Counted from the first letter of the stretch, positions 52,075 to 62,678 are shown. The stretch: DNA of 64,000 bases from Sedimentisphaerales bacterium (GCA_040772485.1 JAXGYC010000009.1:352001-416000); one strand, 5' to 3'. Translations and numbers: made by a program. The notes: a model not told the origin generated them from the letters alone.

Positions 52075-54489
52075 ATGGGAACGCTCTGGCAAGATATTCG
52101 ATATGGTCTACGGATGCTGGCGAGGAGTCCGGGCTTCACGACGGTGGTCGTCCTGGTTCTGGGCCTGGGGATCGGCGTGACTACCGCCGTCTTTTCTGTG
52201 GTCAGCGCCGTATTACTGCGCCCGCTGCCGTTTCCCAATGTCGATCGACTGGTGATGGTCTGGGAGACGGAAAGAGACAGACCTAACAGTCTCGAAGCCA
52301 TCATGCTTCTACGGTTCCTGGACTGGCGAGACCAGTGCCCGGATTTCGAGGCGATGGCGTTCTTCGAGCGGGGGGCTTGGGAGGAGACGCTGACCGGCGT
52401 GGAGGAGGCCGCCCAAGTTGTCGGGGCGCGGATCGATCCGCAGTTCTTCTCTGTTCTCGGAGTCGTCCCCCTGTTGGGACGTCCGTTCACCGCCGAAGAG
52501 GGCAGAGAAGGAGGACCGCCGGTCGTCATTCTCAGCCGTGGGATGTGGAAACGGCGCTTCGGCGGAGATCCGGAGATCATCGACAAGACCATCGTGTTGA
52601 ATCAGAAACCGCGTACGGTCGTGGGCGTCATGGGGCCGGGCTTCCGACACATCGGCACAGCGGATTTCTGGATGCCTTTTCCCATGGACATCGATTCGGT
52701 TGCACCGGTGGGACCGGGCGCGGGACGAGGCGCCCACGGCGCCTATGTAGTAGGGCGGCTCAAACCGAATGTGGCGCGCGCACGGGCGGAGGCGGACCTC
52801 GAGGTCATCGCCAAGCGCAGAACGCAGTTTCCTCTGTTTGAAACCGATCGGGGCGTACGCCTGACGTCGCTTCACGAGCACATGGTGAAGGATGCGAGGT
52901 TGCTGCTCTACGTATTTCAGGCGGCGGCCCTGTTGGTGCTGTTGGTGGCCGCAGCTAATGTGGCAAACCTGATGCTGGTGCGTTCGGAGACGCGGAGCAG
53001 GGAGATGTCGCTGCGTGTCGCGTTGGGAGCCAGCAGGGCCCGCATCATCCGCCAACTGTTCACGGAGAGTTCGCTTCTGGCCCTGATGGGTGGCAGCCTC
53101 GGAGCACTGCTTGCCCTCTGGGGTGCGGCGGGCCTCGGAAAGGCGGCTGCCAGTCTCCTGCCTCGCGTGGAAGAGGTGAATCTGGATTGGCGCGTGCTGG
53201 CCTTCACGTCTCTGGTCTCGCTGATGAGCGGACTGCTCTCGGGGCTGGCTCCGGCGGTCCGCGCCGTGAGGATGGACCCGAACGAGTGCCTGAAAGAGGG
53301 TGGGGCTGTCCGATGCCTGGTCGGCTCCCATCGGAATGCGACGCGGCACACGCTGGTCATCGCAGAGATCGGACTATCGCTTGTGCTGCTGATCGGCGCT
53401 GGACTATTCCTCAAGAGCTTTGTTCTGCTCAACCAGGTTCGGCTGGGGTTTGATCCGACGGATGTGCTGGTAGCCCAGGTGCCAGGAGTCGGCAAAGTGC
53501 TGTCTGGTCCGCAGGGGCCAGGGCTGCTGGAGAGGCTGTCTTTGCTGCCGGGCGTGCAGGCGGTGGGGGCCGCCAGCGTCTTGCCGCCTCGCCATTCGGG
53601 GACGCGGATGGACATGACCGTCGGAGGGGACCCGGCCGAGCACCTCGTTTGTCGGCAGGAGGTGACGCCGGATTACTTCCGCGCCATGGGTGTTCCCTTG
53701 GTGAGGGGCCGCGCCATCACCGAACAGGATGTCGAAGGCTCGCTTCACGTTGTGGTCGTGAACGAGACGTTTGTGAAACGCGTCTGCGGGGGTATTGACC
53801 CGATCGGTAGAGAGCTTGTGATGCACACGCCGAACCCTATCTATCAAAGACGTGACACCATCGTTGGTGTGGTGAAGGATATTGCGAATCAGACGCTCCT
53901 CGGGGCGACCGAGCCCGAGGCGTACTATTCCTATCGCCAGGGAGGCATCTACGCGGACAGTCTGGTTCTTCGGATCGGGTCCGATCCTTGGCCCATGGTG
54001 ATTCCCGTTCGCGAAGCCATCCGGGAAACGATCGGCAGGGACCACCCCATCTCCATAGAAACGATGCGAGAGCGGCTCGCCGGCTCGATTATTCCACAGC
54101 GATTCCAAACCATCATCATCGCACTGTTCTCCGCAATTGGATTGGCCTTGGCCGCCGTGGGGATCTACGGCGTGATCAGCTATTCGGTAGCGCAGCGTGT
54201 GCGTGAACTCGGAATTCGCATCGCTGTGGGCGCACAACGTGCGGACATCATGCGGCTGGTTGTGCGGCGGGCCTTATGGTTGGTCGCTGGCGGGCTCGCG
54301 CTCGGGTTGACTGGGGCGGTGGCTCTGACACGTGTACTTCGGACGTTCCTGTTTGCCGTCGCGCCACTCGATGCGGTTACCTTCGCCACTGTATCCATCT
54401 TCCTGGGTTCCGTGGTCCTGCTGGCCAGCTACCTTCCGGCACGCCGTGCGGCGAAGATCGATCCGATGGCAGCGCTGCGATATGAATGA
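52075..54489 (+). CDS. MacB/ADOP-type ABC permease P12
   Basis: MGTLWQD start; family motifs. Confidence 0.92.
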   Translation: MGTLWQDIRYGLRMLARSPGFTTVVVLVLGLGIGVTTAVFSVVSAVLLRPLPFPNVDRLVMVWETERDRPNSLEAIMLLRFLDWRDQCPDFEAMAFFERGAWEETLTGVEEAAQVVGARIDPQFFSVLGVVPLLGRPFTAEEGREGGPPVVILSRGMWKRRFGGDPEIIDKTIVLNQKPRTVVGVMGPGFRHIGTADFWMPFPMDIDSVAPVGPGAGRGAHGAYVVGRLKPNVARARAEADLEVIAKRRTQFPLFETDRGVRLTSLHEHMVKDARLLLYVFQAAALLVLLVAAANVANLMLVRSETRSREMSLRVALGASRARIIRQLFTESSLLALMGGSLGALLALWGAAGLGKAAASLLPRVEEVNLDWRVLAFTSLVSLMSGLLSGLAPAVRAVRMDPNECLKEGGAVRCLVGSHRNATRHTLVIAEIGLSLVLLIGAGLFLKSFVLLNQVRLGFDPTDVLVAQVPGVGKVLSGPQGPGLLERLSLLPGVQAVGAASVLPPRHSGTRMDMTVGGDPAEHLVCRQEVTPDYFRAMGVPLVRGRAITEQDVEGSLHVVVVNETFVKRVCGGIDPIGRELVMHTPNPIYQRRDTIVGVVKDIANQTLLGATEPEAYYSYRQGGIYADSLVLRIGSDPWPMVIPVREAIRETIGRDHPISIETMRERLAGSIIPQRFQTIIIALFSAIGLALAAVGIYGVISYSVAQRVRELGIRIAVGAQRADIMRLVVRRALWLVAGGLALGLTGAVALTRVLRTFLFAVAPLDAVTFATVSIFLGSVVLLASYLPARRAAKIDPMAALRYE

Positions 54490-54499
54490 GGTGAGAACG

Positions 54500-56164
54500 A
54501 TGAAGAAGCTTGTCAAGAAGAATGGACTGGTTCTTGTTCGTGCATGGCGGGCCGGTTGGGTGCTGACGGGCCTGGTGCTGGCGGGCTGTGGGAGCACGCA
54601 GGTGCGGCGGACGCCGGAACTGGAGGCCTTGGCGGCGAGGTCCGGCGAGATCGAGAAGGTGCAGCTCAAGGACCATTCCGAGTCGGAGCCGGTCTCAATC
54701 GAGCAGGCCACCGAGGAGCAGGCCGCGAAAGCCGCCGAGCCTGACGCGGCGCCGCACAAGGCGGTGGAATTGACTCTCGAAGAGGCTCGTGTGGCCGCGC
54801 TGACGAACAACCTGGACCTGAAGTTCTCCCTGGTCGGACCCTCGCTTGCCCAGAAGACGGTGGACGAAGAACGGGCCAAGTTCGAGTGGACGTTCTTCGG
54901 CTCGGCCGGATACAGCCGACGCGAACAGGATGACGAGGGCAACACCGTCGCCGTCCAGTCCTACGAGGCGGGCGTGGAGGCCCCGCTCCAGACCGGCGGT
55001 CTGCTTCGCGCCAGCCTGCCGTTCAGTCGCGCCGATGCCAGCCTCGACAGTGTCGATGGCGTCGCCGAGGCGGCCGTCAGTGTGTCCTACGTCCAGTCTC
55101 TGCTCAGGGGCGCGGGAACGCGGATCAACACGCATTCGATCCGGATCGCGACCTATCAGAAGGACATCACTGACGCCTACACGAAGCTCTCCGCCATCGC
55201 GATCCTTGCGAACGTCGACATCGTCTACTGGCAGCTCTATGCCGCCCGCCGCGAGCTTGACGTGCGCCGCGATCAGTACAAGCTGGCCGAGGATCAGTTG
55301 GACCACGCCCGCCGAAAGGTCGGGGCCGGGGCGGCCGCGAAGATCGAAATCGTCCGCGCGGAGGCCGGTCTGGCCGGCCGGCTGGAAGACGTGATCAACG
55401 CCGAGACATCGGTCCGGGATCGCGAGCGGGACCTCAAGCGGATTCTGAATCGAGAGGACCTTCCGCTCAGTGTCGAGATCGACATCATCCCCACGAGCGA
55501 GCCGGATCCGATCGGGCTGGACCTGGACGCGGAAGCCATCGTGGCGGTGGCCCTGGACAACCGGATGGAGATGGCGGAGCTCGAATTCCAGCTCGCTGTG
55601 GACGACCTGGACATCGAGCTGGCGCGCAACCGGACGCTGCCGGATGTGACCTTCGACTACACCTATGCCACCGGGAGCGAATCGGGCAGCTTGGGCAGTG
55701 CCCTGGGGGATATCGGCGACGGTTCTCTACAGAATCATGCGGCAGGCATCTCGGCGGCGATTCCTCTGGGCAACCGAGCGGCGCAGGCTCGCTATCGCCG
55801 CGCCCGACTGGAGAAGGTCCGAGACCGGATCGACCAGGAGCGCCTGCGTCAGAGCATCCGTCAGGAGATCTACAACGCGGTCGACGAGTTGCGACAGAAC
55901 TGGCGACGCATCCTCGCGGCCGAGCAGGGCGTGGTCACGGCGTATCGCGACTACAAGGTCGAGCAGTCACAGTTCACGTTGGGCAAGAGCACCAGCACGT
56001 TTGTGCTCCAGAGCGCCTCACGACTGGCCGATGCGCAGTCACGGCGAATTCGCGCGTTCGCCGAATACGAGATCGCGCAGGTTCGCCTGGCCCGCGCCAC
56101 CGGCACGCTCCTGGGCCTTGGGCGGGTCCAGCTTCACCCGTCTGCCCTCGAAGACAATATGTAG
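54500..56164 (+). CDS. TolC-family outer membrane efflux lipoprotein
   Basis: Lipobox LAGC, 'LTLEEARVAALTNNLDL', 'YWQLYAA', 'ARNRTLPDV', 'IPLGNRAA', 'LARATG'; ATG 54500 follows GAGG. Confidence 0.88.
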   Translation: MKKLVKKNGLVLVRAWRAGWVLTGLVLAGCGSTQVRRTPELEALAARSGEIEKVQLKDHSESEPVSIEQATEEQAAKAAEPDAAPHKAVELTLEEARVAALTNNLDLKFSLVGPSLAQKTVDEERAKFEWTFFGSAGYSRREQDDEGNTVAVQSYEAGVEAPLQTGGLLRASLPFSRADASLDSVDGVAEAAVSVSYVQSLLRGAGTRINTHSIRIATYQKDITDAYTKLSAIAILANVDIVYWQLYAARRELDVRRDQYKLAEDQLDHARRKVGAGAAAKIEIVRAEAGLAGRLEDVINAETSVRDRERDLKRILNREDLPLSVEIDIIPTSEPDPIGLDLDAEAIVAVALDNRMEMAELEFQLAVDDLDIELARNRTLPDVTFDYTYATGSESGSLGSALGDIGDGSLQNHAAGISAAIPLGNRAAQARYRRARLEKVRDRIDQERLRQSIRQEIYNAVDELRQNWRRILAAEQGVVTAYRDYKVEQSQFTLGKSTSTFVLQSASRLADAQSRRIRAFAEYEIAQVRLARATGTLLGLGRVQLHPSALEDNM

Positions 56165-56181
56165 GGTGTGCACCGCACACC
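56161..56181 (+). repeat. GTAG-type REP palindrome, family B, supplying the TolC stop codon
   Basis: gtagggtgtgcaccgcacacc between convergent genes; its TAG is the TolC stop. Confidence 0.65.
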
Positions 56182-56187
56182 TTCCTC

Positions 56188-57549
56188 CTACTCCGCGCCT
56201 GCCCGGGACAGCGGCGAAGAGTGCCGTTGTTCGAGCATGTCCTGCATGTCCGGATTGGGCCGGCCCTTGGTGGAGATGGCGGGTGTGAGGACAAAGAGCA
56301 GTTCGGTGGCCTGTTCCTCAAAATCGCGTCCGGAGAACAGCAGGTTGAGCAGCGGGATGTCTTTCAGAATGGGCACGCCGCGGACCACGTCGCGTTTTGC
56401 CGTCTTGCGCATGCCCCCGATGATCAGACTCTCACCGGGCCGAATGCGGTTGTCCTTGCTGGTGATCGTCCTCTCGGTCACGACCTGGGACTGCGTGACG
56501 CCCTGGGGGGCGAGATACGAAGCAATCTGGACGTGAGTCGTCAGGCTGATGGACCCGTCGGCGAACACGTGCGGCGTGATCTGAAGGGAGTCAACGACCT
56601 CATAGTACTTTGTCTGGGTGCTGAGGATGACGTCATCGCCGTATCCTCCGGACTGGACGGTGATCTGCTCGAGCGGCACGCGCTGTTTCGACAGGACCTT
56701 CGCCGTCTGTCCGTTGAGGACCTCCAGCGTCGGCTGCATCAGGACCTTCAGATAGCCTCGTGACACCAGGATATCGACCAGCGTCTGAACCCGGTGTCCC
56801 TCATCGGGCCGGTCGACGCCGATCTTCAGACCGTACTTGCTCCTGACCGGCTCCCGCAGAGAGGCCCCGGGAAAGGCGGGCAGCACCCCCCCGGCGCCGT
56901 CGTCCTTACCCCCGAGCGTGATTCCCTCGCCGAAGAGATTCTCGACCAGCAGGGTGGTTTCGCGGTCCATGGTCATACTGGCGTTTAATTCCGACACCAT
57001 GCAGTCGATGTGTACCTGGACCGGTGGAATATCGATTTCGTCGAGCATCTCCAGGACCGCATCGAGGTCCTGCTCGACCGGGCAGCGTACGATCAGTTGG
57101 TTGGCGGCGGGATTGGTGGTCACGGTGTAGTTCTGGACTGTTGTGCCCTGGCCTTTGGCATCGAACAGTGTTGTGGCAAACTGGGCGTGGATGATCTTCT
57201 TCATCTGCTCGGCCGTGTGGTAGCGACAGAAGTAGACGAGCTTCCACTCGTCGGCGCCGCCGACGGCCTGCCGAATCTTCGCGGGGGGTTGCATGTGGGT
57301 GGCCGGCCAGGGCACGTTGGCGTCTGAGACGATCTCGACGCGGCCCACATCGTCCAGGATCTTCTCCGTCTCCATGCCGGTGGCCCGTTCATCGGGTCCA
57401 TCATGGCGGCAGCCCGCCAATGCAAGAACAGCCAGCAGCAGAGCGTGCAGCGCCCATCCTCTCCGGGACCACGCGATGGAGCCGGCGTGCCGTACACACC
57501 CTGCGTGGTGAGGACCCTTCCTCCCGGAGATGATGACTGCATTGCCCAC
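56188..57549 (-). CDS. Secretin-family (GspD/PilQ-like) outer membrane lipoprotein; start uncertain
   Basis: 'NPAANQLIV', 'DIPPVQVHID', 'PTLEVLNGQTA', 'LQITPHV', 'GESLIIGG', 'GVPILKDIPLLNLLF', 'ELLFVLTP'; lipobox LAGC; GTG at 57549 assumed. Confidence 0.8.
   Translation of the reverse strand: MGNAVIISGRKGPHHAGCVRHAGSIAWSRRGWALHALLLAVLALAGCRHDGPDERATGMETEKILDDVGRVEIVSDANVPWPATHMQPPAKIRQAVGGADEWKLVYFCRYHTAEQMKKIIHAQFATTLFDAKGQGTTVQNYTVTTNPAANQLIVRCPVEQDLDAVLEMLDEIDIPPVQVHIDCMVSELNASMTMDRETTLLVENLFGEGITLGGKDDGAGGVLPAFPGASLREPVRSKYGLKIGVDRPDEGHRVQTLVDILVSRGYLKVLMQPTLEVLNGQTAKVLSKQRVPLEQITVQSGGYGDDVILSTQTKYYEVVDSLQITPHVFADGSISLTTHVQIASYLAPQGVTQSQVVTERTITSKDNRIRPGESLIIGGMRKTAKRDVVRGVPILKDIPLLNLLFSGRDFEEQATELLFVLTPAISTKGRPNPDMQDMLEQRHSSPLSRAGAE
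57484..57504 (-). repeat. Degenerate REP family B copy in the secretin 5' region
   Basis: Minus strand gcagggtgtgtacggcacgcc (AGCVRHA). Confidence 0.45.
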
Positions 57550-57709
57550 GAGTGCTGCGGTGCTCCCTGGTGGTCTTCTCTGCCCTCCGTGCCCGAAGCC
57601 GATCAGCGACTGCGGACTTCGGAGTGCGGACTGGCACGTTGAGGCAAATCCCCTTTTCGCCAATCTGCATTCCGAAACTGGCTTGGGCCTGCCACAGTTC
57701 CTATCGGCT

Positions 57710-57738
57710 ATTATACGGTCAGATCTTGATCCTGTCAG
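57710..57738 (-). promoter_or_regulatory. sigma70-type promoter for the secretin gene
   Basis: Minus strand CTGACA, 17-bp spacer, TATAAT. Confidence 0.65.
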
Positions 57739-58044
57739 GCGGAAATCACCGTGCGTCCTTCTGCTGGCGGCCGCGGTGTCGGACGCCGTCGTCGATCGGA
57801 GCGTCGGTCCTCCTGCGAGCGGGCCTGCCTTGCCGGGGCGGGGAATATGGGAGACGAAGCCAATCAACCCTCGCCGGGAACACGCGTGGACCAGGGCGAT
57901 TTCCTGGTGGCAGGGGGTGGCCCATGGGTTAGAATGGCTGACGGGCTCCGTGGGAGCCTGTGGGGCCTGTTGGGTGTGTGGGTCGTATGGTCGGTGCCGT
58001 GTCGCACGTGAAAAAGGAATCGTGATTGTAGCGGGAGGATTGCC

Positions 58045-59604
58045 ATGGATATGCAGAGACAACCATCGGGATGTGCCTGTTGCGGATGGAGTCGGCGTCG
58101 GTTCTTGGCGGCCGGCTGTGGGACCTGCCTCGGTGCGGCGGGCGTCCTGACGATCCCTCGCGTCGCGCGAGCCGCTCAGGGCGGCAAGATGCGGATTCGC
58201 ATCGTCTACGCGCTGCACGCACCGGTGCAGCCGGGCCCGGACTGGCCCAACGTCGGGTTCGATTTCAACCCGGTGATGCAGCGGATCACGTCCACGCTGA
58301 CGAGGCAATGTCCCGATCTCCAGTTCGTCGCGTCGATGGCGAACGGTCCGGAGCAGGCCCAGAAGATCCTTGACGACGACCAAGGCGCGATTGACGGCTA
58401 CATCGTCTGCCAGTTGAACTGCTGGAACCGCGTCGTGCAGACCATGGCGACGTCGGGAAAGCCTACGCTGTACGCCGATTTCCAGTACGCCGGCAGCGGC
58501 GGCTTCCTCGTCTACACCGCTGCGTTCCTGCGGAGCGCCACGCCCAATGTGGGCTTCGTGGCGTCGTCGCGCATGGAGGATCTGATCGAGGCGGTCAAGT
58601 GTTTTGGCATCGTCGGCAAGGGCAGCTCGCCCGCCGAGTTCGTCGCGGCGACGGCGCGCGTCCGCTCGTCACGCATGCCGAAAGCAGGCGACTTGGCCTG
58701 CAAGCCTGATTCGTTCCAGACGCTCTCGCCCGCCGAATGCATCGCGGCGATGAAGGCCTCGAAGATACTGGCCGTGCGCGACCAGGAATCGGGGTCGGCC
58801 GATCCGGTCTCGGGCATTCCCCTGGAGCGGGTCTCGTTTGCCGAAGTGAACGAGGCGTGGAAAGCGGCCGACAAGGACCAGTCCCGCGAGATCGCGGACC
58901 GCTGGCAGAAGAACGCCAGCGATGTGATCGATGTTTCACGCGAGACACTGGAAACCTCCGCGGCGATGTACCTGGGCATGAAGTCAGTGCTCAAGAAACA
59001 CGGAGCCAACGCGATCACGATCAACTGCCTGGGTGGCTTCTACGGCGGACATATCCACGCCTATCCATGCCTGGGCTTCCACGAGCTGAACAACGAGGGC
59101 CTGATCGGCGCCTGCGAGTGTGACGTCCGGTCCACGGCGACGATGGTCATGCTGACCGCCCTGACGCAGGGCCGGCCCGGCTACATCTCCGACCCGGTCA
59201 TCGATACCGCCAAGCGGCAGATCATCTACGCCCACTGCGTGGCCTCCAACAAGGCGTTCGGACCCCAGGGCCCGACCAATCCCTTTGCGATCATGACGCA
59301 TTCGGAGGACCGCCAGGGCGCTTCGGTGCGGTCGATCCTGCCTTTGGGCTATATGACCACCACGGTCGAGATGGAGCAGGGACGCAAGGAAATTCTCTTC
59401 CACCAGGGCAAGGCGGTGGACAACGACCCGGACGACCGGGCGTGCCGGACCAAGCTGGCCGTCGAGCCCGTCGGGGACATCGAGAAGCTGTTCACGCAGT
59501 GGGACCAGTGGGGCTGGCATCGAGTCACGTGCTACGGCGACCTGAAAGAGCCGATCTTCGCACTGGCCGAGGCGATGGGCTACAAGGTGCTCGAAGAGGC
59601 GTGA
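58045..59604 (+). CDS. Tat-exported hypothetical protein with L-fucose/arabinose-isomerase-like C-terminal region
   Basis: Twin-arginine 'SRRRFL' signal; 'AITINCL', 'PCLGF..LN..G..GACECD', 'GYISDP', 'YAHC', 'CRTKL', 'HRVTCYGD'. Confidence 0.7.
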   Translation: MDMQRQPSGCACCGWSRRRFLAAGCGTCLGAAGVLTIPRVARAAQGGKMRIRIVYALHAPVQPGPDWPNVGFDFNPVMQRITSTLTRQCPDLQFVASMANGPEQAQKILDDDQGAIDGYIVCQLNCWNRVVQTMATSGKPTLYADFQYAGSGGFLVYTAAFLRSATPNVGFVASSRMEDLIEAVKCFGIVGKGSSPAEFVAATARVRSSRMPKAGDLACKPDSFQTLSPAECIAAMKASKILAVRDQESGSADPVSGIPLERVSFAEVNEAWKAADKDQSREIADRWQKNASDVIDVSRETLETSAAMYLGMKSVLKKHGANAITINCLGGFYGGHIHAYPCLGFHELNNEGLIGACECDVRSTATMVMLTALTQGRPGYISDPVIDTAKRQIIYAHCVASNKAFGPQGPTNPFAIMTHSEDRQGASVRSILPLGYMTTTVEMEQGRKEILFHQGKAVDNDPDDRACRTKLAVEPVGDIEKLFTQWDQWGWHRVTCYGDLKEPIFALAEAMGYKVLEEA

Positions 59605-59610
59605 GACTCT

Positions 59611-59637
59611 CCGCCGGCGGCGTGATATCGCCGGCGG
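59611..59637. terminator. GC-rich hairpin between convergent genes (possible terminator)
   Basis: ccgccggcg-N9-cgccggcgg; no U-tract. Confidence 0.35.
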
Positions 59638-59638
59638 C

Positions 59639-60298
59639 CTACAGTTCGGCCGACGTCAGTCCTTCCTGGATGGCGTACTTGGTGAGCTGGGCGATGTTGT
59701 CGATGTTCAGTTTCGACATCAGGCGGAGGCGGTGTCCCTCCACGGTCTTGGGGCTGATGTGCAGCCGCAGCGCGATCTGCTTGGTGGTGTTGCCCTCGGC
59801 CATGAGCTGCAGCACTTCTCTCTCCCGCTGGGAGAGGACGGAGAAGGCGGACTGTTCGGCTTCTCCGGGCTGACGCACGTAGCTATCGACGACGATGTCG
59901 GTGATCGCCGGGCTCAGGTAGATCCGGCCGGAAATGATGGTCTGCAACGCCGTGGTCAGTTCCTCCAGCGCGCAGTCCTTCAGCAGGTATCCCGAGGCGC
60001 CCGCTTTGAGCATGGCGACCACGAATTTCTTCCCTGCGTGCATGGACAACGCCAGCACCTTGATGTTCGGATTCTCGTGAAGGATCTGTTGCGTCGCGTC
60101 GATGCCGTTGAGGTCGGGCATGCCGACATCCATGACAATGACATCCGGCGACAGCTCTCGAGCCAGCTCCAGCGTGGCGTGGCCGTTCTGGGCCTGCGCG
60201 ACGACCTCCACGTCCTTTTCCTGCTGGAGGAGCTTGGTCAGCCCGTGACGCACGATTGTGTGGTCGTCGGCAATGATGATTCGAATGCTCATCCTCAT
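59639..60298 (-). CDS. NarL/LuxR-family response regulator
   Basis: 'IIIADDHTIVR', 'VMDVGMPDLNG', 'GYLLK', 'LSQREREVL', 'ISPKTVEGHR'. Confidence 0.95.
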   Translation of the reverse strand: MRMSIRIIIADDHTIVRHGLTKLLQQEKDVEVVAQAQNGHATLELARELSPDVIVMDVGMPDLNGIDATQQILHENPNIKVLALSMHAGKKFVVAMLKAGASGYLLKDCALEELTTALQTIISGRIYLSPAITDIVVDSYVRQPGEAEQSAFSVLSQREREVLQLMAEGNTTKQIALRLHISPKTVEGHRLRLMSKLNIDNIAQLTKYAIQEGLTSAEL

Positions 60299-60304
60299 AT
60301 GCTC

Positions 60305-62678
60305 CTAATGAGAGCCGCCGTTTTCCAGAGGCGCCCGCAGCACGACTTTCGTTCCCTTCGTGTGACCGGATTGAATATACACGCCGCCGCCCATGTGTGT
60401 CAACCGTTCGCGGATACTGAAAAGTCCAAAGCCGGCCGTTCCGTGGGGCGAGCGGTCCTGAAGCCGGGACGTATCGAAGCCGATCCCATTGTCCTCCACT
60501 GCGATACGAATGTCGTTGTCGATACGATCCACCGTGACGTGCACGTGGCTGGCCTGGGCGTGTTTGGCGGCATTGACCAGGAGCTCGCGTACGGAGCGGT
60601 AGAGCAAGGTCTTCATCTGATCGCTCAGCGGTTTGGGATCTTCTGAGTCTTGTACGGTGCATTCGATCTGGCGTTCCTGGCTGAACCGCTGCGTCAACTC
60701 CTCCAGCGCCGGTTCGAGGCCCAGTGTGTACAGTTCCGGCGGGCTGATCTCAAACGTCAGCGACCGCGTCTGTTTGATCGCTTCGTTGATCTGTTCGCGG
60801 ATGTGATTCACGCTCTGGGTGAGATGCGCAGGCAGTTCGGCGCGGCGCAACTCTCCCATCTCAATCTTGATGAAGGCAAGGATCTGGCCGACCGAATCGT
60901 GCAGTTCCGTGGCAATGGCGCGTCGTTCCTGGTCCTCGACGCGGAGCAACTGCGCCGTCAGGGCACGGAGTTGCTCCTGGTCCGCGAGGATCTTTGCCTC
61001 CGCCCTCTTGGCATCCGTGATATCCAGAGCCACGCCCAGGATGCCGGCGATCTCGCCCCATTCATCACGCAGGGGAGAGCACCGGACATCAAAGGTTCTG
61101 CCGGGGGCCAATTCCGCCTCGCAGACAACGTCCTGACCCTCGAGCACGCATCGCATCTGTTTCACAAAGTCCGGAACATCGCGGTATCGTTCGCAGATGT
61201 TGGTTCCGATCAGTTCGTCACGCTCCCACTTCAACGTTGCCAGGGCTCTTCCCTCCAGGACGGTCACTTTCCCTTTTGCATCCGTGGCAAACAGGATGAT
61301 CGGTGCGTTGGAGACCACCGTTCGCAGGTAGGCCTCCTTCTCGATCAGGGCCAGCTCCGCCCGCCGGCGCACCGTGACGTCCTTGAGTGAGAAGACCAGC
61401 GATTCCACTTCGCCGGACGCGTCGAGAATCGGCACCAACGTCCAGTCCCAGTAGGTCAGGCCCCACTCCGGATGATCGGGAAAGCGGAAGGGTCTGGCCT
61501 GAACCTGGTAGGTGGTCTTGGTTCTGACGGCCTCTTCGAAGATGCGCTGGTTCTCCGGATCGGGATAGAACTCGAAGTGATTGTGTCCTTTGAATTCGGA
61601 GATGTCACGCCGGCAACTGTCCGCATAGGCCTGGTTGACGCTGACGAAGTTGAACTGGCGATCGAGAATGACCAGAGGCGTGATGGAGTACCGGAAGAAC
61701 GCTTCCAGAGTCTTCGACTGGCTGCTCAGCTCCTGCTCCATCTGCTTCTCTGTGGTGATGTCGTACATCACCCCCTGCACGCACAACCCTTCGCCGCCGG
61801 AGTCTTCCACAACGGTGGCTTTGTCCCGGAACCACAGCACGCGGTTGTCGCGCGTGAGCATTCGGTACTCCAGAACGAACGGCGTGTCGGGCACTCTTTC
61901 GCGAAACAACTCCGCCAGCACGCGCTCCCGATCGTCCGGGTGCAGACGGCTCGCCCACATGTGCGGATCGTCCGTGTACTCCGCCGGGGCAAAGCCCAGG
62001 AGGGGCTCGACCTGAGGACTGATGTACACGGTGGCGCCGCTGCTGTCGAGTGCGAATACGTGGGTAATGACTGGGACACGCTCCACCAGCATTCGGTATT
62101 TCGTTTCGGATGCGCGACTGCGCTGCTCGGCGTGCAATCGAGCCTGGACCTCTTCCTGAAGGGTCTCCACGGTGCGCGCCAGTTGTGCGGTGCGCTGCTG
62201 GACTTGCGCCTCCAGACCATCATGGGCCTTGTGAAGATCGATCTGGCGCTGCCTCAACTCCCGATACAGAAGATCGTAAGGCTTTCTGAGCCCGATCTCG
62301 ATCAGGGCCTTGTACACGGCATAGAAGGAAAGGAGCTTCAAGAGATGCCCCACGGCATTCGTCCCTTCATAGGGGTCCGTGTACCAGGTGAACATGAACT
62401 CCGAGGCCATGGTCAGGAGGATCGACCAATGAACCCACTTGCGTACCCTCGGGTCGAAGTCACCACCCTTCTTCCGCAGCAGGAGCGCCGAGGCCAGCAG
62501 GATGGCGATGATGAGGAACTCGCTGATTTCCTTGAAGGTCGTCAGGTGGCTCTGCGCATCATCGAAACAGAGCGGGAAGACCCTCCAGTAGAAGATCGAC
62601 GCCAGAAGGAGGCACGACACAACGGCATAGGTGACCAAGACCCAGGCGACCCTGGGTCTGCGCCGCAGAAAGATGGGA
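60305..62678 (-). pseudogene. MASE3/PAS/HisKA_3 sensor kinase, 5'-truncated by an IS insertion
   Basis: Frame opens mid-MASE3 ('PIFLRRR..YAVVSCLLLASIFYW..FP.CF..LT.FK..SE'); three PAS-like domains; 'ERRAIATELHDSVGQ', 'ELLVNAAKHA', 'DNGIGF', 'GFGL'. IS sequence begins at 62679. Confidence 0.8.

Noticed and set aside
54332..54499. Extended TolC N-terminus from the ORF track
   Set aside because: Overlaps P12; RBS and signal peptide support ATG 54500 (or 54482).
57632..57646. Possible sigma54 promoter TGGCACGTTGAGGCA
   Set aside because: GG-to-GC spacing is 9 rather than 10 nt and the -12 TT is missing.
57550..58383. N-terminal ~280 aa of the 731-aa secretin ORF
   Set aside because: Overlaps the divergent gene and a promoter, and is low-complexity; the lipobox indicates a start near 57549.
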